Shown: positions 39,749 through 49,776, numbered from the stretch's first letter. The stretch: 64,000 nucleotides of DNA from Trebonia sp. (GCA_036391275.1 DASWAE010000016.1:4966-68965), one strand, 5' to 3'. Notes: generated from the letters alone by a model not told the origin. A program made the numbers and translations.

Positions 39749-40618
39749 TTAGTAGTAGCCGAAGTTCACTTCGTTCTGCCATGCGCCACATGGGGTGCCG
39801 TAGACGGTCTTGATATAGCCGAGGCCCCACTTGATCTGGGTGGCGGCGTTCGTCTGCCAGTCCGCGCCGGCGGATGCCATCTTGTCACCGGGGAGCGACT
39901 GCGGAATCCCGTACGCACCGGACATGGGGTTCTCCGCGTACACGTTCCAGGTGCTCTCCCGCTCCCACAGGTCGTACAGGCACGGCCACTGCGTGGTCGC
40001 GCTGAAGCCGAAGCTGGCGAGCATCGCCTTCGCGGTCGCCTGGGCCGCGGTCGGGTTGGACGGCGGGGCCGTCGTGGCGACGCCCGTGCCGCCGGTCATG
40101 CTCGAACTCGAAGTGCTCGAGTCCTGCGCCGCGAGGATCTGCTGCGGGTTCGCCATCGTGGGCTTGGCCGCGGTGGTCAGCGTCTTGGACGCGGCGGTCA
40201 TCTCGATCAGTGTCTGCCGCTCCTGCTCAAGCAGGGCCACCGAGCCGCTGTGCCCGAGGCCGTCGATGGACTCGAAGAGGCTGGTCGCTCCGGTGCCCTT
40301 GGGATTCATCACCTTGGCCGCGCCCCAGACCACGACGACGAGAAGAAGCGCAAGCCCCGCCGCGGGCAGCGCGATGCCGGTCCGCCGGAACAGGCCACGC
40401 TTCTTCTTGGCGCTCCGCCCGCCAGCCGCGCTCCGCCCGCCAGCCGCGCCCGGCGCGACGCTCGCGCTCCGCACCGTCGGTGTGCCCGCGCTAGCGGCGG
40501 TGCCCGGCCGTGGTCGGGTATATCCCGGGGCGACGGCTGAGCCCGCGTCAGAAGTCCGCAAATCGCCGGCCGATGCGTACGAACGCTCCGCAAGCATCGC
40601 GCTCCGATGTCGTGACAA
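39749..40618 (-). CDS. Membrane-anchored lytic transglycosylase (SLT/Rpf-like), paralog of 34797-35462
   Basis: 'CLYDLWERESTW..AENPMSGAYGIPQSLPG..TQIKWGLGYI..YGTPCGAW'; basic patch + TM. Start uncertain. Confidence 0.85.
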   Translation of the reverse strand: MSRHRSAMLAERSYASAGDLRTSDAGSAVAPGYTRPRPGTAASAGTPTVRSASVAPGAAGGRSAAGGRSAKKKRGLFRRTGIALPAAGLALLLVVVVWGAAKVMNPKGTGATSLFESIDGLGHSGSVALLEQERQTLIEMTAASKTLTTAAKPTMANPQQILAAQDSSTSSSSMTGGTGVATTAPPSNPTAAQATAKAMLASFGFSATTQWPCLYDLWERESTWNVYAENPMSGAYGIPQSLPGDKMASAGADWQTNAATQIKWGLGYIKTVYGTPCGAWQNEVNFGYY

Positions 40619-40871
40619 CGCAGTCCCTTCGGTCCATGCCGTGCATATACCGCACTCATCTACCGCTGCCGATCAACGATGCCAGATAGAAACATGCGCC
40701 GCCCGGGACTTCGCCAAGAAACACTAGGCGGGAAACTTACCATTCTGTGACGCTAATCACTGCTTAATTGCACGCACCGTGACACCCGGTCGCAAATCGC
40801 AATCACGGCGCGGCTGGCCGGCCACCTGGCGCACGGTCACGCGGGTAAGCGGCCCGTCCGGCGAACGCCGG

Positions 40872-40894
40872 GTTTCACCCGACTCGCATGGGTA
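40872..40894 (+). promoter_or_regulatory. SigB/SigF-like stress promoter
   Basis: GTTT-N14-GGGTA upstream of the DUF6069-like gene. Confidence 0.5.
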
Positions 40895-40931
40895 GCTGGG
40901 GCGCGGAAGCTCAAACTTGCGAGGAGCAGAA

Positions 40932-41630
40932 ATGACCTATCCCGCATCGCCAAATGACGCGCGAGCCAGTCGCGTCCGGCCCGACTCCGCCCAGTTCTGG
41001 GCGGGTGCCGTGGCGACCGCGGTCGTCGCGGCGCTCATCGCGCTTGTCGGCATCCTCATCTGCCGCTGGACGCTAGGCATTCCGATCCTGGCGCCCGCGG
41101 GCGACGGCGCATGGGGCAACGCGCACACCGGCGAGTACGTGCTGCTGGCGGCGCTTATCGCGATCCTCGCCGCAGGAGTGCTCTACCTGCTGGTGGTCGG
41201 CGCGCCGCAGCCAGGCATGTTCTTCGACTGGATCATGGGGCTCGCCACGCTCGTCGCCGTGGTCTACCCGTTCAGCACGGGGGCACCGCTTGACCAGAAG
41301 GCCGCCACCGCCGTGGTCAACCTGGTGCTCGGGATCGCGATCACGTCGCTGCTCACGGCGGTCGCGGCCCGGTCCGTACGGCGCCGGATGCCACCCGTTT
41401 ACCCGGCGGGCACCCGCTACGCCGATGGCACCCGCTACGCCGACCGCAACCGCTACGCCGGCGGCACCGGCTACGGCACCGAGCGGGAATACCGGGACGA
41501 GCCGGGTTACCGCGCTCGCCAGGGCTACGTGCCCGAGCAGCGCGCCCACGAGCCGACTCAGCCGATCGCCCACGAGCCGACTCAGCCGATCAACGTGCCG
41601 CCCCGCCGCGACACGCGCCGCTGGGAGTAG
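40932..41630 (+). CDS. DUF6069-like membrane protein with repetitive C-terminal tail
   Basis: 'WAGAVATAVVAALIALVG', 4 TM; SD GAGGAG; tail repeats GTRYAD x2-3 and AHEPTQPI x2. Confidence 0.7.
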   Translation: MTYPASPNDARASRVRPDSAQFWAGAVATAVVAALIALVGILICRWTLGIPILAPAGDGAWGNAHTGEYVLLAALIAILAAGVLYLLVVGAPQPGMFFDWIMGLATLVAVVYPFSTGAPLDQKAATAVVNLVLGIAITSLLTAVAARSVRRRMPPVYPAGTRYADGTRYADRNRYAGGTGYGTEREYRDEPGYRARQGYVPEQRAHEPTQPIAHEPTQPINVPPRRDTRRWE

Positions 41631-41683
41631 CGGCCTAAACAAGGACCCGATCCTTCCGCGGGCCGGATCGCTAGCCTTGGCCC

Positions 41684-43537
41684 GTGGAGAAGTTGCGGGC
41701 GCACTCGCCCGACCTCACGGCACGGAGCATCGAGCGGATCGCCGGACTGTTCCCCGGCGTGATCACCGAGGGCCGCGACGGTGACGGCAACCCGGTCCGC
41801 GCCGTCGACTTCGACCTGCTGCGCCAGGAGTTGTCCGGCCACCTCACCGAGGGACCGCGGGAGCGGTACCAGCTCGACTGGCCGGGCAAGCGAGCGGCGT
41901 TCCTCGCCGCCAGTGCCCCCGTCGCGCGGACGCTTCGCCCGGTCCGCGACGAGTCGGTCGATTTCGACACCACCCGCAACATCGTCATCGAAGGCGACAG
42001 CCTGGACGCGCTCAAGCTGCTCCAGGAGTCATACCTCGGCAAGGTCAAGCTGATCTACATCGACCCCCCGTACAACACGGGCAGCGACTTCGTCTACGCC
42101 GACGACTTCGCCGAGACGACCGCGGAGTACCTAGCGCGGTCCGGCCAGACCGATGCGGACGGCACCCGGCTGGTGGCCAACACCGAAGCCAGCGGCCGCT
42201 TCCACTCCGACTGGCTCAGCATGATGTACCCGCGGCTCAAGCTGGCGCGGAACCTGCTCACCGACGACGGGGCGATCTTCGTCAGCATCGACTCCACCGA
42301 GCACGCCAACCTCATCAAGCTGCTCAGCGAGATCATGGGCGAGGACAACTTCCGCGCCGACATCACCTGGCAAAAGCGGTACACCCGGAGCAACAACACG
42401 CGGGACTTCGCCGCCGTGGTGGAGAACATCGTGGTCTTCTCCAGAAGCGACCAGTTCGCGGTCAACCTGCTGCCGCGCACCGCGGAGGCGGACGCCCGGT
42501 ACGCCAACCCGGACGCAGACCCGCGCGGGCCGTGGAAGGGCGCCTCATTCCTGAATCCGGCGACCGCCGCGCAACGCCCCAACCTCTGCTACGAGATCAG
42601 GAACCCGAACACGGGGCAGGCCACCTGGCCGTCGACCAACGCCTGGCGCAGGTCGAGGGCCGAGTTCGAGCGCCTCGCGGCGGAGGGCCTGCTCTACTGG
42701 GGCACCGACGGTAAGAGCCCGGTGCCCTCGGTCAAGATGTTCCTCTCCGCTGCCAGGGGACTGACCCCCACGAACTTCTGGAGCCACGAGTACGCGGGCA
42801 ACACCGATGAGGGCACCAGGGACCTGGCCGCGCTGCTCCCCGGGAAGATATTCGACAACCCGAAGCCGATGCGGCTGATGAAGCGGGTGCTTGAGCACGC
42901 GACGGACAAGTCGTCGCTGGTGCTCGACTTCTTCGCCGGGTCAGGGACCATGGCGCAGGCCGTGCTCGAGCTGAACGCGGAAGACGGCGGCACGCGCCGC
43001 TTCATCGCCGTGCAGCTACCGGAGCGGTGCGCTCCCGGCTCGGCCGCCGCCCGGGCCGGGTTCGGCACGGTCACCGAGATCTGCAAGGCCCGGCTCCGCC
43101 GTGCGGGCAGCACGGCGCCGCCGGACACCGACGCCGGCTTCCGGGTGCTGCGGGCCGACTCAACGAACATGACCGACGTGCTGCGCCTCCCCGGTGAGCT
43201 GGCGCAGGGCGACGCCGGCCGCTTCGCCGAGACCGTCAAGCCGGACAGGACCCCGGAGGACGTGCTGTTCGAGGTGCTCGCCCGCTCGGGGCTCGAGTTG
43301 TCGGCGCCCGTCAAGGTCGAGCTGATCGACGGGCGCGACGTCTTCGTGGTGGCGGACGGCGCCCTCATCGCCTGCCTGGCCAGGGACGTCTCGCTGCCGG
43401 TGGTGCGGGAAATCGCGCACCGGGCGCCCTCCCGCGCGGTGTTCCTCGACTCCGCCTTCGCCGCGGACGCCGACCGGGTCAGCGCCTGGCGGATCTTCGC
43501 CGGGGTGTCCCCCGCGACCGACCTCCTGGTGATCTGA
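41684..43537 (+). CDS. mod: Type III restriction-modification methyltransferase subunit
   Basis: 'ERYQLDWPGK', 'IEGDSLDALKLL', motif IV IDPPYNTG, 'HSDWLSMMYPRL', 'PKP', motif I DFFAGSGT. Confidence 0.93.
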   Translation: MEKLRAHSPDLTARSIERIAGLFPGVITEGRDGDGNPVRAVDFDLLRQELSGHLTEGPRERYQLDWPGKRAAFLAASAPVARTLRPVRDESVDFDTTRNIVIEGDSLDALKLLQESYLGKVKLIYIDPPYNTGSDFVYADDFAETTAEYLARSGQTDADGTRLVANTEASGRFHSDWLSMMYPRLKLARNLLTDDGAIFVSIDSTEHANLIKLLSEIMGEDNFRADITWQKRYTRSNNTRDFAAVVENIVVFSRSDQFAVNLLPRTAEADARYANPDADPRGPWKGASFLNPATAAQRPNLCYEIRNPNTGQATWPSTNAWRRSRAEFERLAAEGLLYWGTDGKSPVPSVKMFLSAARGLTPTNFWSHEYAGNTDEGTRDLAALLPGKIFDNPKPMRLMKRVLEHATDKSSLVLDFFAGSGTMAQAVLELNAEDGGTRRFIAVQLPERCAPGSAAARAGFGTVTEICKARLRRAGSTAPPDTDAGFRVLRADSTNMTDVLRLPGELAQGDAGRFAETVKPDRTPEDVLFEVLARSGLELSAPVKVELIDGRDVFVVADGALIACLARDVSLPVVREIAHRAPSRAVFLDSAFAADADRVSAWRIFAGVSPATDLLVI

Positions 43538-43541
43538 ACCG

Positions 43542-45821
43542 ATGAGGCTCAGGTTCAAGGTCCAGCCGTACCAGACCGAGGCCGTCGACGCCGTGGCCGA
43601 CTGCTTCGCCGGCCAGCCCCGATGCTGCGGGGCCAACGCGGAGATCGCGCTCAGCCCGGCGGAGCTGCTCGCGAACATCCGGGCCGTGCAGCGCGAGCGC
43701 GGCCTGCCGCTGTCGGCCGGGCTCGCGCGGAGCGCGGCGGCCGGCGCACCGGGCACGCCCAACCTCGATGTCGAGATGGAGACCGGCACCGGCAAGACCT
43801 ACGTGTACATCAAGACGATCATGGAGCTGAATAAGCGCTACGGCTGGTCAAAGTTCATCGTGGTGGTGCCGAGCATCGCGATCCGCGAGGGCGTGCGAGC
43901 GTCGTTCGAGATGACCGCCGAGCACTTCCTGCAGGCGTACGGCGGCCGGCCCCGGGCGTTCAGCTACGACTCAAGGCGCCTGCATGAGCTTGAGCGTTTC
44001 TCCTCCGACGCCGGCATCCAGGTGCTGATCATCAACATCCAGGCGTTCAACACGGCCGGCAAGGAAAGCCGGCGCATCTACCAGGTGCTCGACGACTTCC
44101 AGTCCCGCCGGCCCATCGACGTCATCAGCGCGGCCCGCCCGGTCGTCATCATCGACGAGCCGCAGAAGATCGAAGCGGCCAGGTCGCTTGCGGCACTGTC
44201 ACTGCTCCGCCCGCTGATGATCCTGCGTTACTCCGCCACGCACCGGGTCGAGCACAACAAGGTCCACCGGCTCAGCGCCCTGGACGCCTACCAGCAGAAA
44301 CTGGTCAAGAGGATCGCGGTGCGCGGCATCACCGTACAGGGGCTAGCCGGCGCCGCGGCCTACCTCTACCTGGACGCGATCGAGACCGCCAAGGGCGTCA
44401 GTCCCCGGGCTCGCGTCGAGCTCGAGGTGCGGACCGCGGCCGGCATCCGGCGTCAGCTCAGGCGGCTCGGCCCGGGCGCGGACCTGCACCGGGCTTCCGG
44501 CGGCACTGAAGCGTACCGGGGCCTGCGCATCGCGGACATCGACGCCGCCCGGGGCGTGATCGAGCTCAGCGACGGCGACGTCATCGCCGTCGGCCAGGCC
44601 ACCGCCGACGTGACCGAGGACGCCAGGCGCCGCATCCAGATCCGTGAGGTCATCCGCGCCCACCTCGGCAAGGAGCGGGAACTCTTTCCGCTGGGCATCA
44701 AGGTGCTGTCCCTGTTCTTCATTGACGAGGTCGCCAGGTACCGCGACTACCGCAGGGCAGACACCCGCGGCGAGTACGCCCGCGCCTTCGCCGCAGAGTA
44801 CACCGCGCTGGTCAACGGGCTGCTCAGCGAGCTGGCCGCCGACGGGGACCCGGCCGGGTACGGCGCCTACCTCGCGGCCATCCCCGTCGACGACACGCAC
44901 CGGGGATACTTCTCCGTCGACAAGAAGACCGGCCGCGACATCGACGGCGACCTCAGCGGAGCCGGCGGCGAGCGGGCCCAGTCCATCGACGCCGACGCCT
45001 ACGACCTCATCCTCAGGGACAAGGAACGCCTGCTGTCCCTCAGCGAGCCGGCCAGGTTCATCTTCTCCCACTCGGCCCTGCGCGAAGGCTGGGACAACCC
45101 CAACGTGTTCGTCATGGGCATGCTCAAGCGGAGCGACAGCACGGTATCCCGCCGCCAGGAGATCGGCCGGGGGCTGCGCCTGTGCGTGAACGCCCGCGGC
45201 GACCGGGTCGATGACCCGGCGACCGTGCACCAGGTCAACGAGCTGACGGTCGTCACCGACGAGTCGTACACCGACTTCGTGGCCGGCCTGCAGCGTGAGC
45301 TCGGCGCATCGCCAGGGGCCGGCCAGCATGCAGCCGGCGGGGAAGGCAACAGCTACCCGCTGCCAGCCGACGGGCGAAAGCCAAGGCAGCCCGCGCGCCC
45401 GCAGGCGGCCTCCGGCAGCGGCCAGGCTGCCCGCCCCGTCGCTTTCGACTCGGCCGACCTGATCCGCAGGTGCGTCGCCGCCCTCGACGCGCGCCTGCGG
45501 GTCGAGGCGCTGCGGTACGTCGTGCACCGGGGCGAGCAGCGGCCAGCCGACGGGACCGCGGCGAGCCCCGGCTTCAGTGCCGCCGGCACGACCGCGCACG
45601 CGGGAAGCGCATCGTCCCAAGTCCGGTATGACCTGCTTGGGGAGCTGGCCGCCAGGACCCAGCTCACCAGGCGGACCATCGCCGCGATCGTGGCCGGGGT
45701 CAGCCCGGCTACCTTCGCTCAGTACCGGGGCAACCCCGGGCAGTTCATCACCGGCTCCGCGCGGCTGATCAACGGCCAGCTGGCCAGCCTAATCGCACAA
45801 GAGGCGCCGGAAACGCCCTAA
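43542..45821 (+). CDS. res: Type III restriction subunit, ATPase/helicase domain present, C-terminal nuclease missing
   Basis: METGTGKT, IIDEPQ, RYSATH, LSLFFIDEV, SALREGWDNPN, QEIGRGLR. Ends at 759 aa with no PD-(D/E)xK segment. Confidence 0.85.
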   Translation: MRLRFKVQPYQTEAVDAVADCFAGQPRCCGANAEIALSPAELLANIRAVQRERGLPLSAGLARSAAAGAPGTPNLDVEMETGTGKTYVYIKTIMELNKRYGWSKFIVVVPSIAIREGVRASFEMTAEHFLQAYGGRPRAFSYDSRRLHELERFSSDAGIQVLIINIQAFNTAGKESRRIYQVLDDFQSRRPIDVISAARPVVIIDEPQKIEAARSLAALSLLRPLMILRYSATHRVEHNKVHRLSALDAYQQKLVKRIAVRGITVQGLAGAAAYLYLDAIETAKGVSPRARVELEVRTAAGIRRQLRRLGPGADLHRASGGTEAYRGLRIADIDAARGVIELSDGDVIAVGQATADVTEDARRRIQIREVIRAHLGKERELFPLGIKVLSLFFIDEVARYRDYRRADTRGEYARAFAAEYTALVNGLLSELAADGDPAGYGAYLAAIPVDDTHRGYFSVDKKTGRDIDGDLSGAGGERAQSIDADAYDLILRDKERLLSLSEPARFIFSHSALREGWDNPNVFVMGMLKRSDSTVSRRQEIGRGLRLCVNARGDRVDDPATVHQVNELTVVTDESYTDFVAGLQRELGASPGAGQHAAGGEGNSYPLPADGRKPRQPARPQAASGSGQAARPVAFDSADLIRRCVAALDARLRVEALRYVVHRGEQRPADGTAASPGFSAAGTTAHAGSASSQVRYDLLGELAARTQLTRRTIAAIVAGVSPATFAQYRGNPGQFITGSARLINGQLASLIAQEAPETP

Positions 45822-45977
45822 ATCCCAAGCGGCCGCCTCGCCAGGTTCCCGGTGGCGGCGGCTTGTCCCAGGCGGTGTTCCGAGAGGTGACACGCGAGGA
45901 CAGTGATGGCTGTGAGCTGCCTGTTACCGCACATCTGACCTAGCAGAGTCATTCTTGCGGAAGGGTTTTCGTTCTAG

Positions 45978-46023
45978 GAAGGGTTTTAGGCGTGATAACA
46001 CGTACAAACCTTCATGATCATGG
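45978..46023. repeat. Dispersed ~50-bp palindromic REP-like element, copy 3
   Basis: GAAGGGTTTTAGGCGTGATAACACGTACAAACCTTCATGATCATGG; preceded by a second GGAAGGGTTTT at 45959. Confidence 0.65.
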
Positions 46024-46102
46024 CCTGAGCCTGCGCCGACGGTACCTGTGAGGTCACTGGTATGTGAGTGGCCAGGTGCCTCACGCTTATCCGTCTAGAG
46101 GT

Positions 46103-46870
46103 TCAGCGGCCGGATGCCCGGTTCGCTTGGCCGAGGGTTCCAGCGGGCGCAGGCGCCTGGCGGAGCAGGTACTCATAGCCCGCCCGCAACTGGCTGGGCG
46201 CCCAGACGTCGGCGCGCTTCGCCACGGTGTCGTCCTCGGCGCCCCAGGCTCGCACCGGTCCCGCCGCCATCGCGCCAAGCTGGGTCCGGCAGGCCCGGTC
46301 AAGGAGGACGGCGGTCATCACGGCCGCGGGCAGGTCCGGTCCGGCAGTGACGATGCCGTGCTGCGGCAGCAGGATCGCGATCGCGTCGCCGAGTGCGTCC
46401 GCCAGGGCACGGCCGAGTGACTGGTCCTTGATCAGGCCGCCGGTCAGCGCGAAGCGGGGAATGGACGGGTAGCAGAACAGCGATCCGGCGTGATCGAGCG
46501 GAAGCAGCGGCACGTCGAGGGCCGCGAACTGGCAGGCGGCCGGCGAGTGCGTGTGGACGACCGCGCTCACGTCGGGGCGGCCGGCCATGATCTCGGTGTG
46601 GATGGGGTACTCGATGTGCCTTGGTCCGGCCCCGGACAGCACCTCGCCGTCCGGGGATACGAGCACGACCCGGCCGGCGTCGACCTCCTCCAAGCCCCAG
46701 CCGGAGGCCTTCATCCAGACGCCGCGGCCTGCCGGGTCGCGAACGCTCGGGTGGCCCCACACCATGTCGGCCTGGCCGGCCGCGGCCAGTACCCGGCAGC
46801 CGTCGACCGCGAGCGCGATCGCCACGCCGTCGTCAGCCGGAACGTAGCGTGCCGTCTCGTCGTCACCCAT
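46103..46870 (-). CDS. Class II aldolase/adducin family protein
   Basis: 'GHPSVR', 'IEYPIHTEI..RPDV.AVVHTHS', 'LLPQHG' metal-binding His pattern. Confidence 0.88.
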   Translation of the reverse strand: MGDDETARYVPADDGVAIALAVDGCRVLAAAGQADMVWGHPSVRDPAGRGVWMKASGWGLEEVDAGRVVLVSPDGEVLSGAGPRHIEYPIHTEIMAGRPDVSAVVHTHSPAACQFAALDVPLLPLDHAGSLFCYPSIPRFALTGGLIKDQSLGRALADALGDAIAILLPQHGIVTAGPDLPAAVMTAVLLDRACRTQLGAMAAGPVRAWGAEDDTVAKRADVWAPSQLRAGYEYLLRQAPAPAGTLGQANRASGR

Positions 46871-47050
46871 GCACCACTTATATCGCGGGGCGAAGCGACG
46901 CTAGGCGGGACCGGGATTGGCCGCCCCCGTTCTGCGTCACCGGGATGAGGAGCGCTCGCTAAGCCGCGGCGACGGGACCGGGGAACCGGCGGCTGCCTTG
47001 CGCCATCTAATAACTGAGCGGCGGAAATCCAGCGGTACGGGGGAGACAAG

Positions 47051-47503
47051 ATGCGACGATCAACGGCAGGACGGGGCGGGGTGGTGCTCGGCATCGCGGC
47101 CCTGGTCCTGGCAGGATGCGGCACGGCGGCCACCGGGACCGGGCCTGGCTCGGTGGCCACCAGCCAGCCCAGCAAGGCCGGCGGGTGGGCCGTGCGCGGC
47201 ACGTTCAAGATGGAGGGCGGCCCCGAGCGGCCCGGCGCCGCCGGCGCGCCCGTCAGGCCGCTGCCTGGAACCGTCACGTTCCGCGCTGCGAGCGGGCGCA
47301 CGACCGATCTCAGGGCCGGCCCGGCCGGCCAGTTCTCCGGGTACCTGCCCGCGGGGACCTATACCGTCACGGCGCGGACCGAGCTGATCATGCAGCAGAA
47401 CCCGGACGGCAGCGTCAGTGACCCGCCGTGCACGGGGCCGGTGACCGTGGTGGTGCGGCCCGGGCAGGCCACCAGCGTGGCGCTCGTCTGCTTCGTTCCC
47501 TGA
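47051..47503 (+). CDS. Lipoprotein with carboxypeptidase-regulatory-like beta domain
   Basis: Lipobox LAGC; 'GQFSGYLPAGTYTVTA'; Cys pair. ECF-like GGAACC..CATCT upstream. Confidence 0.65.
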   Translation: MRRSTAGRGGVVLGIAALVLAGCGTAATGTGPGSVATSQPSKAGGWAVRGTFKMEGGPERPGAAGAPVRPLPGTVTFRAASGRTTDLRAGPAGQFSGYLPAGTYTVTARTELIMQQNPDGSVSDPPCTGPVTVVVRPGQATSVALVCFVP

Positions 47504-47506
47504 CGG

Positions 47507-47536
47507 GCCTTTCCTGATTGGGCTATCAGGAAAGGC
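47507..47536. terminator. Stem-loop after lipoprotein gene
   Basis: GCCTTTCCTGAT-TGGGCT-ATCAGGAAAGGC (12-bp stem). Confidence 0.65.
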
Positions 47537-47559
47537 AGGAAGGAGGGCATGATGGGACC

Positions 47560-48165
47560 GTGGCTTACCAGATAGGGCAATCAGTCTGCCCTCGGTGCGG
47601 GAGCAGCGCGGAAGTGCGTACCGTGCGCGAGCTCTTCGACATGATGAACGGCGCGCGGGAGCAGGCCTTCCAGCGCATGGGCCAGGTTGGCCAGTACGGG
47701 TCCATGCCATGGCAGAACCAGCAGCCCGGCAGCGGACCTGACGACGATTACGACCACTACAACGTCGAGGGCTCCGACCGGTGGCTCGGCGGCAACCGGA
47801 ACCGGAGCAGGAACCGGGGCAGGGGCGACTTCGACCTGGGCGACAACCTGGCCGAGGACCTCGGGGGCGCGGTGCTCGGCGCGGCGTTCGGGCTGGCGGG
47901 CCGGGCCTTCGGCCGGAAGATGAAGAAGGCCTTCGAGGATAAGGTCGTGCCGGCCATGCAGGCCAGGGCGGCGCAGGCGCAAGTCCAGTTCGAGCAGCAG
48001 AAAGCCGAGCAGGACGCCATCGCGGCCCGCTACCCGGAACTGCGCGGCTGCATGACGGACCAGGTCGTGTTCCTCGACGGCGGCACCAGGACCGTGCCGG
48101 TCAGCGAGATCAAGATGCCGGTGACCATGGCGCAGGCGGACGGCGTGGTGGCACGGCTCCGTTAG
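47560..48165 (+). CDS. Hypothetical protein
   Basis: GC3-biased frame; N-terminal CPRCG; low-complexity middle; CATGAT 6 nt before GTG. Confidence 0.65.
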   Translation: MAYQIGQSVCPRCGSSAEVRTVRELFDMMNGAREQAFQRMGQVGQYGSMPWQNQQPGSGPDDDYDHYNVEGSDRWLGGNRNRSRNRGRGDFDLGDNLAEDLGGAVLGAAFGLAGRAFGRKMKKAFEDKVVPAMQARAAQAQVQFEQQKAEQDAIAARYPELRGCMTDQVVFLDGGTRTVPVSEIKMPVTMAQADGVVARLR

Positions 48166-49175
48166 CCGACCTGGAGCGCGAAGAACTGGAAGCCTGGTGG
48201 GGCCAGTTCGTAGCCGAGGGCCTCGTTCACCGCGATCATGTGCGAGTTGGCCTGGGCATTGGTGGTCTCGATGCGCTCAAGCCGCGGCTCGGCCGTCATC
48301 AGCCACTCGAGCATGACCGCCTTCGTGAGCAGGCCCAGCCGGTGGCCGCGGTGCGACTGAGTCACCGCGGTGATCCCCTGGTATCCCCAGTCGGGGTAGG
48401 CGGGGTCAACCGCCACCCGCGTCAGCGCCGCCATCTCCCCGGTCGCGTCGTGCACCGCCGCGACCGCGTACCCCCGGTTCCCGCCAAACCGCACCCGGAT
48501 GTCGTCGCGGTCCCTGACCCGGTCGGCATCCCAGATGTCGTCCTCGAACCAGCCTTCCTCGCGCGGCGCGTCGTTCATCGCGTTGTGCAGCCCCGCAACC
48601 CGGCCACGTTCCTCCTCCGGCACCGCCCCTGTCCACCGCGTGAGCGAGTACCCGGCGGCATGCTCCGCCGCTTGCGCGTGCAGCCCGGCCAGCCGGCCGG
48701 GATCCGCCTTGCGCAGGTCAATGACGCGCCGCGCGTCCACGAGGCCGGGCTCCGCGCCGAGGCGCCGGGCGAACGCTTCGCCGGCCGAGCACTGCACCAC
48801 GGCGGCATCGAGGAAACGACGGCCGTCGGCCTGGGCCCGCCGCACGGCATGCCCGAGCAGCGCCTGGCCGACGCCCCTCCGCCGGCCCGCGGGGTGCACG
48901 GTCAGCACCATGAATGCCCGGTCGCGGTTCTCCAGGTCAGGCAGCTGGAGGTAACAGGTCCCGGCCACGGGCTCGCCCTGCCCCGCCGTGTCCCCTGGCG
49001 CGTACCAGGTCTCGGCCGGGTCCCCCGGCCAGTCGTGCCGCACGTGGGCGCTGTACATCGCGAGCGAGAGCGGCGGCGACCACAACGGGTCGTCCACGGC
49101 TGCCGCCGCCTCGTACACGGCATGGCAGGCCCGCACGACACCGGCGTCCGCCGGGTCCACTCGTTCGATTCGCAT
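48162..49175 (-). CDS. Tandem GNAT acetyltransferase
   Basis: 'VHPAGRRRGVGQALL' and 'TAV..SHRGHRLGLLTK..T.NA..N.HMIAVNEALGY'. Confidence 0.88.
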   Translation of the reverse strand: MRIERVDPADAGVVRACHAVYEAAAAVDDPLWSPPLSLAMYSAHVRHDWPGDPAETWYAPGDTAGQGEPVAGTCYLQLPDLENRDRAFMVLTVHPAGRRRGVGQALLGHAVRRAQADGRRFLDAAVVQCSAGEAFARRLGAEPGLVDARRVIDLRKADPGRLAGLHAQAAEHAAGYSLTRWTGAVPEEERGRVAGLHNAMNDAPREEGWFEDDIWDADRVRDRDDIRVRFGGNRGYAVAAVHDATGEMAALTRVAVDPAYPDWGYQGITAVTQSHRGHRLGLLTKAVMLEWLMTAEPRLERIETTNAQANSHMIAVNEALGYELAPPGFQFFALQVG

Positions 49176-49231
49176 TGCTCCACTAGACACCGGCGTGCCG
49201 GGAAACGCGACCGGTTTTAGCCCGAACAAAA

Positions 49232-49253
49232 TGTCGTACCTGCCGGTTATCGT
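49232..49253 (+). promoter_or_regulatory. PafBC/RecA-NDp-like DNA-damage promoter (1 mismatch)
   Basis: TGTCGT-N10-TA-N3-T. Confidence 0.5.
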
Positions 49254-49287
49254 GGCGTCAGTATCGCTTAGGTATCGGAGACCTGAT

Positions 49288-49776
49288 ATGTGCTGGCAGT
49301 GCGACAATCCCAGGGCTACCTGGCATGACTACCTCGCGCACCTGCGTGAGCTGCTCCAGCGGCACTGCTGGATCGTCCAGGGGGTGCAGCGGGAGCGGCA
49401 CCGGGCGCCGTATGCGTACACGGTCGGGCTGGCCGCGCACCGCCGGCCCGAGCTGGTGGTGACGGGACTGCCGTATGACCGCGCAGTTGACCTGCTGAAC
49501 GGCGTCGCGGAGCACGTGCTGGACGCCGCCGCGCCCCAGGCCGGCGCGGTGATCCCGCTGCGCGGCGGCCGGGTGATCGAGATTGTCCAGGTCGCGGAGC
49601 CGAGCGTGCACCTGTCGGTCGCCGCCGCTATCAACGCGGCCGGGTTCACGGCGCTGCAGCTGGTGTACGCGGACGACCGCGGGCACTGGCCGTGGGACGC
49701 CGGCTTCCGCGGCGGGCGCGGCGGCGAGCCGGTCCTCGGCGTACGCTCGGCGCATGAGCACCGTGCACCGGCTTAG
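49288..49776 (+). CDS. DUF4262 domain protein
   Basis: 'MCWQCD', 'PYAYTVGL..PELVVTGL', 'LQLVYADDRGHWPW'. Confidence 0.82.
   Translation: MCWQCDNPRATWHDYLAHLRELLQRHCWIVQGVQRERHRAPYAYTVGLAAHRRPELVVTGLPYDRAVDLLNGVAEHVLDAAAPQAGAVIPLRGGRVIEIVQVAEPSVHLSVAAAINAAGFTALQLVYADDRGHWPWDAGFRGGRGGEPVLGVRSAHEHRAPA

Noticed and set aside
41684-43537. Phase-variable (phasevarion) mod gene
   Set aside because: No simple sequence repeat tract seen in the ORF or its promoter.
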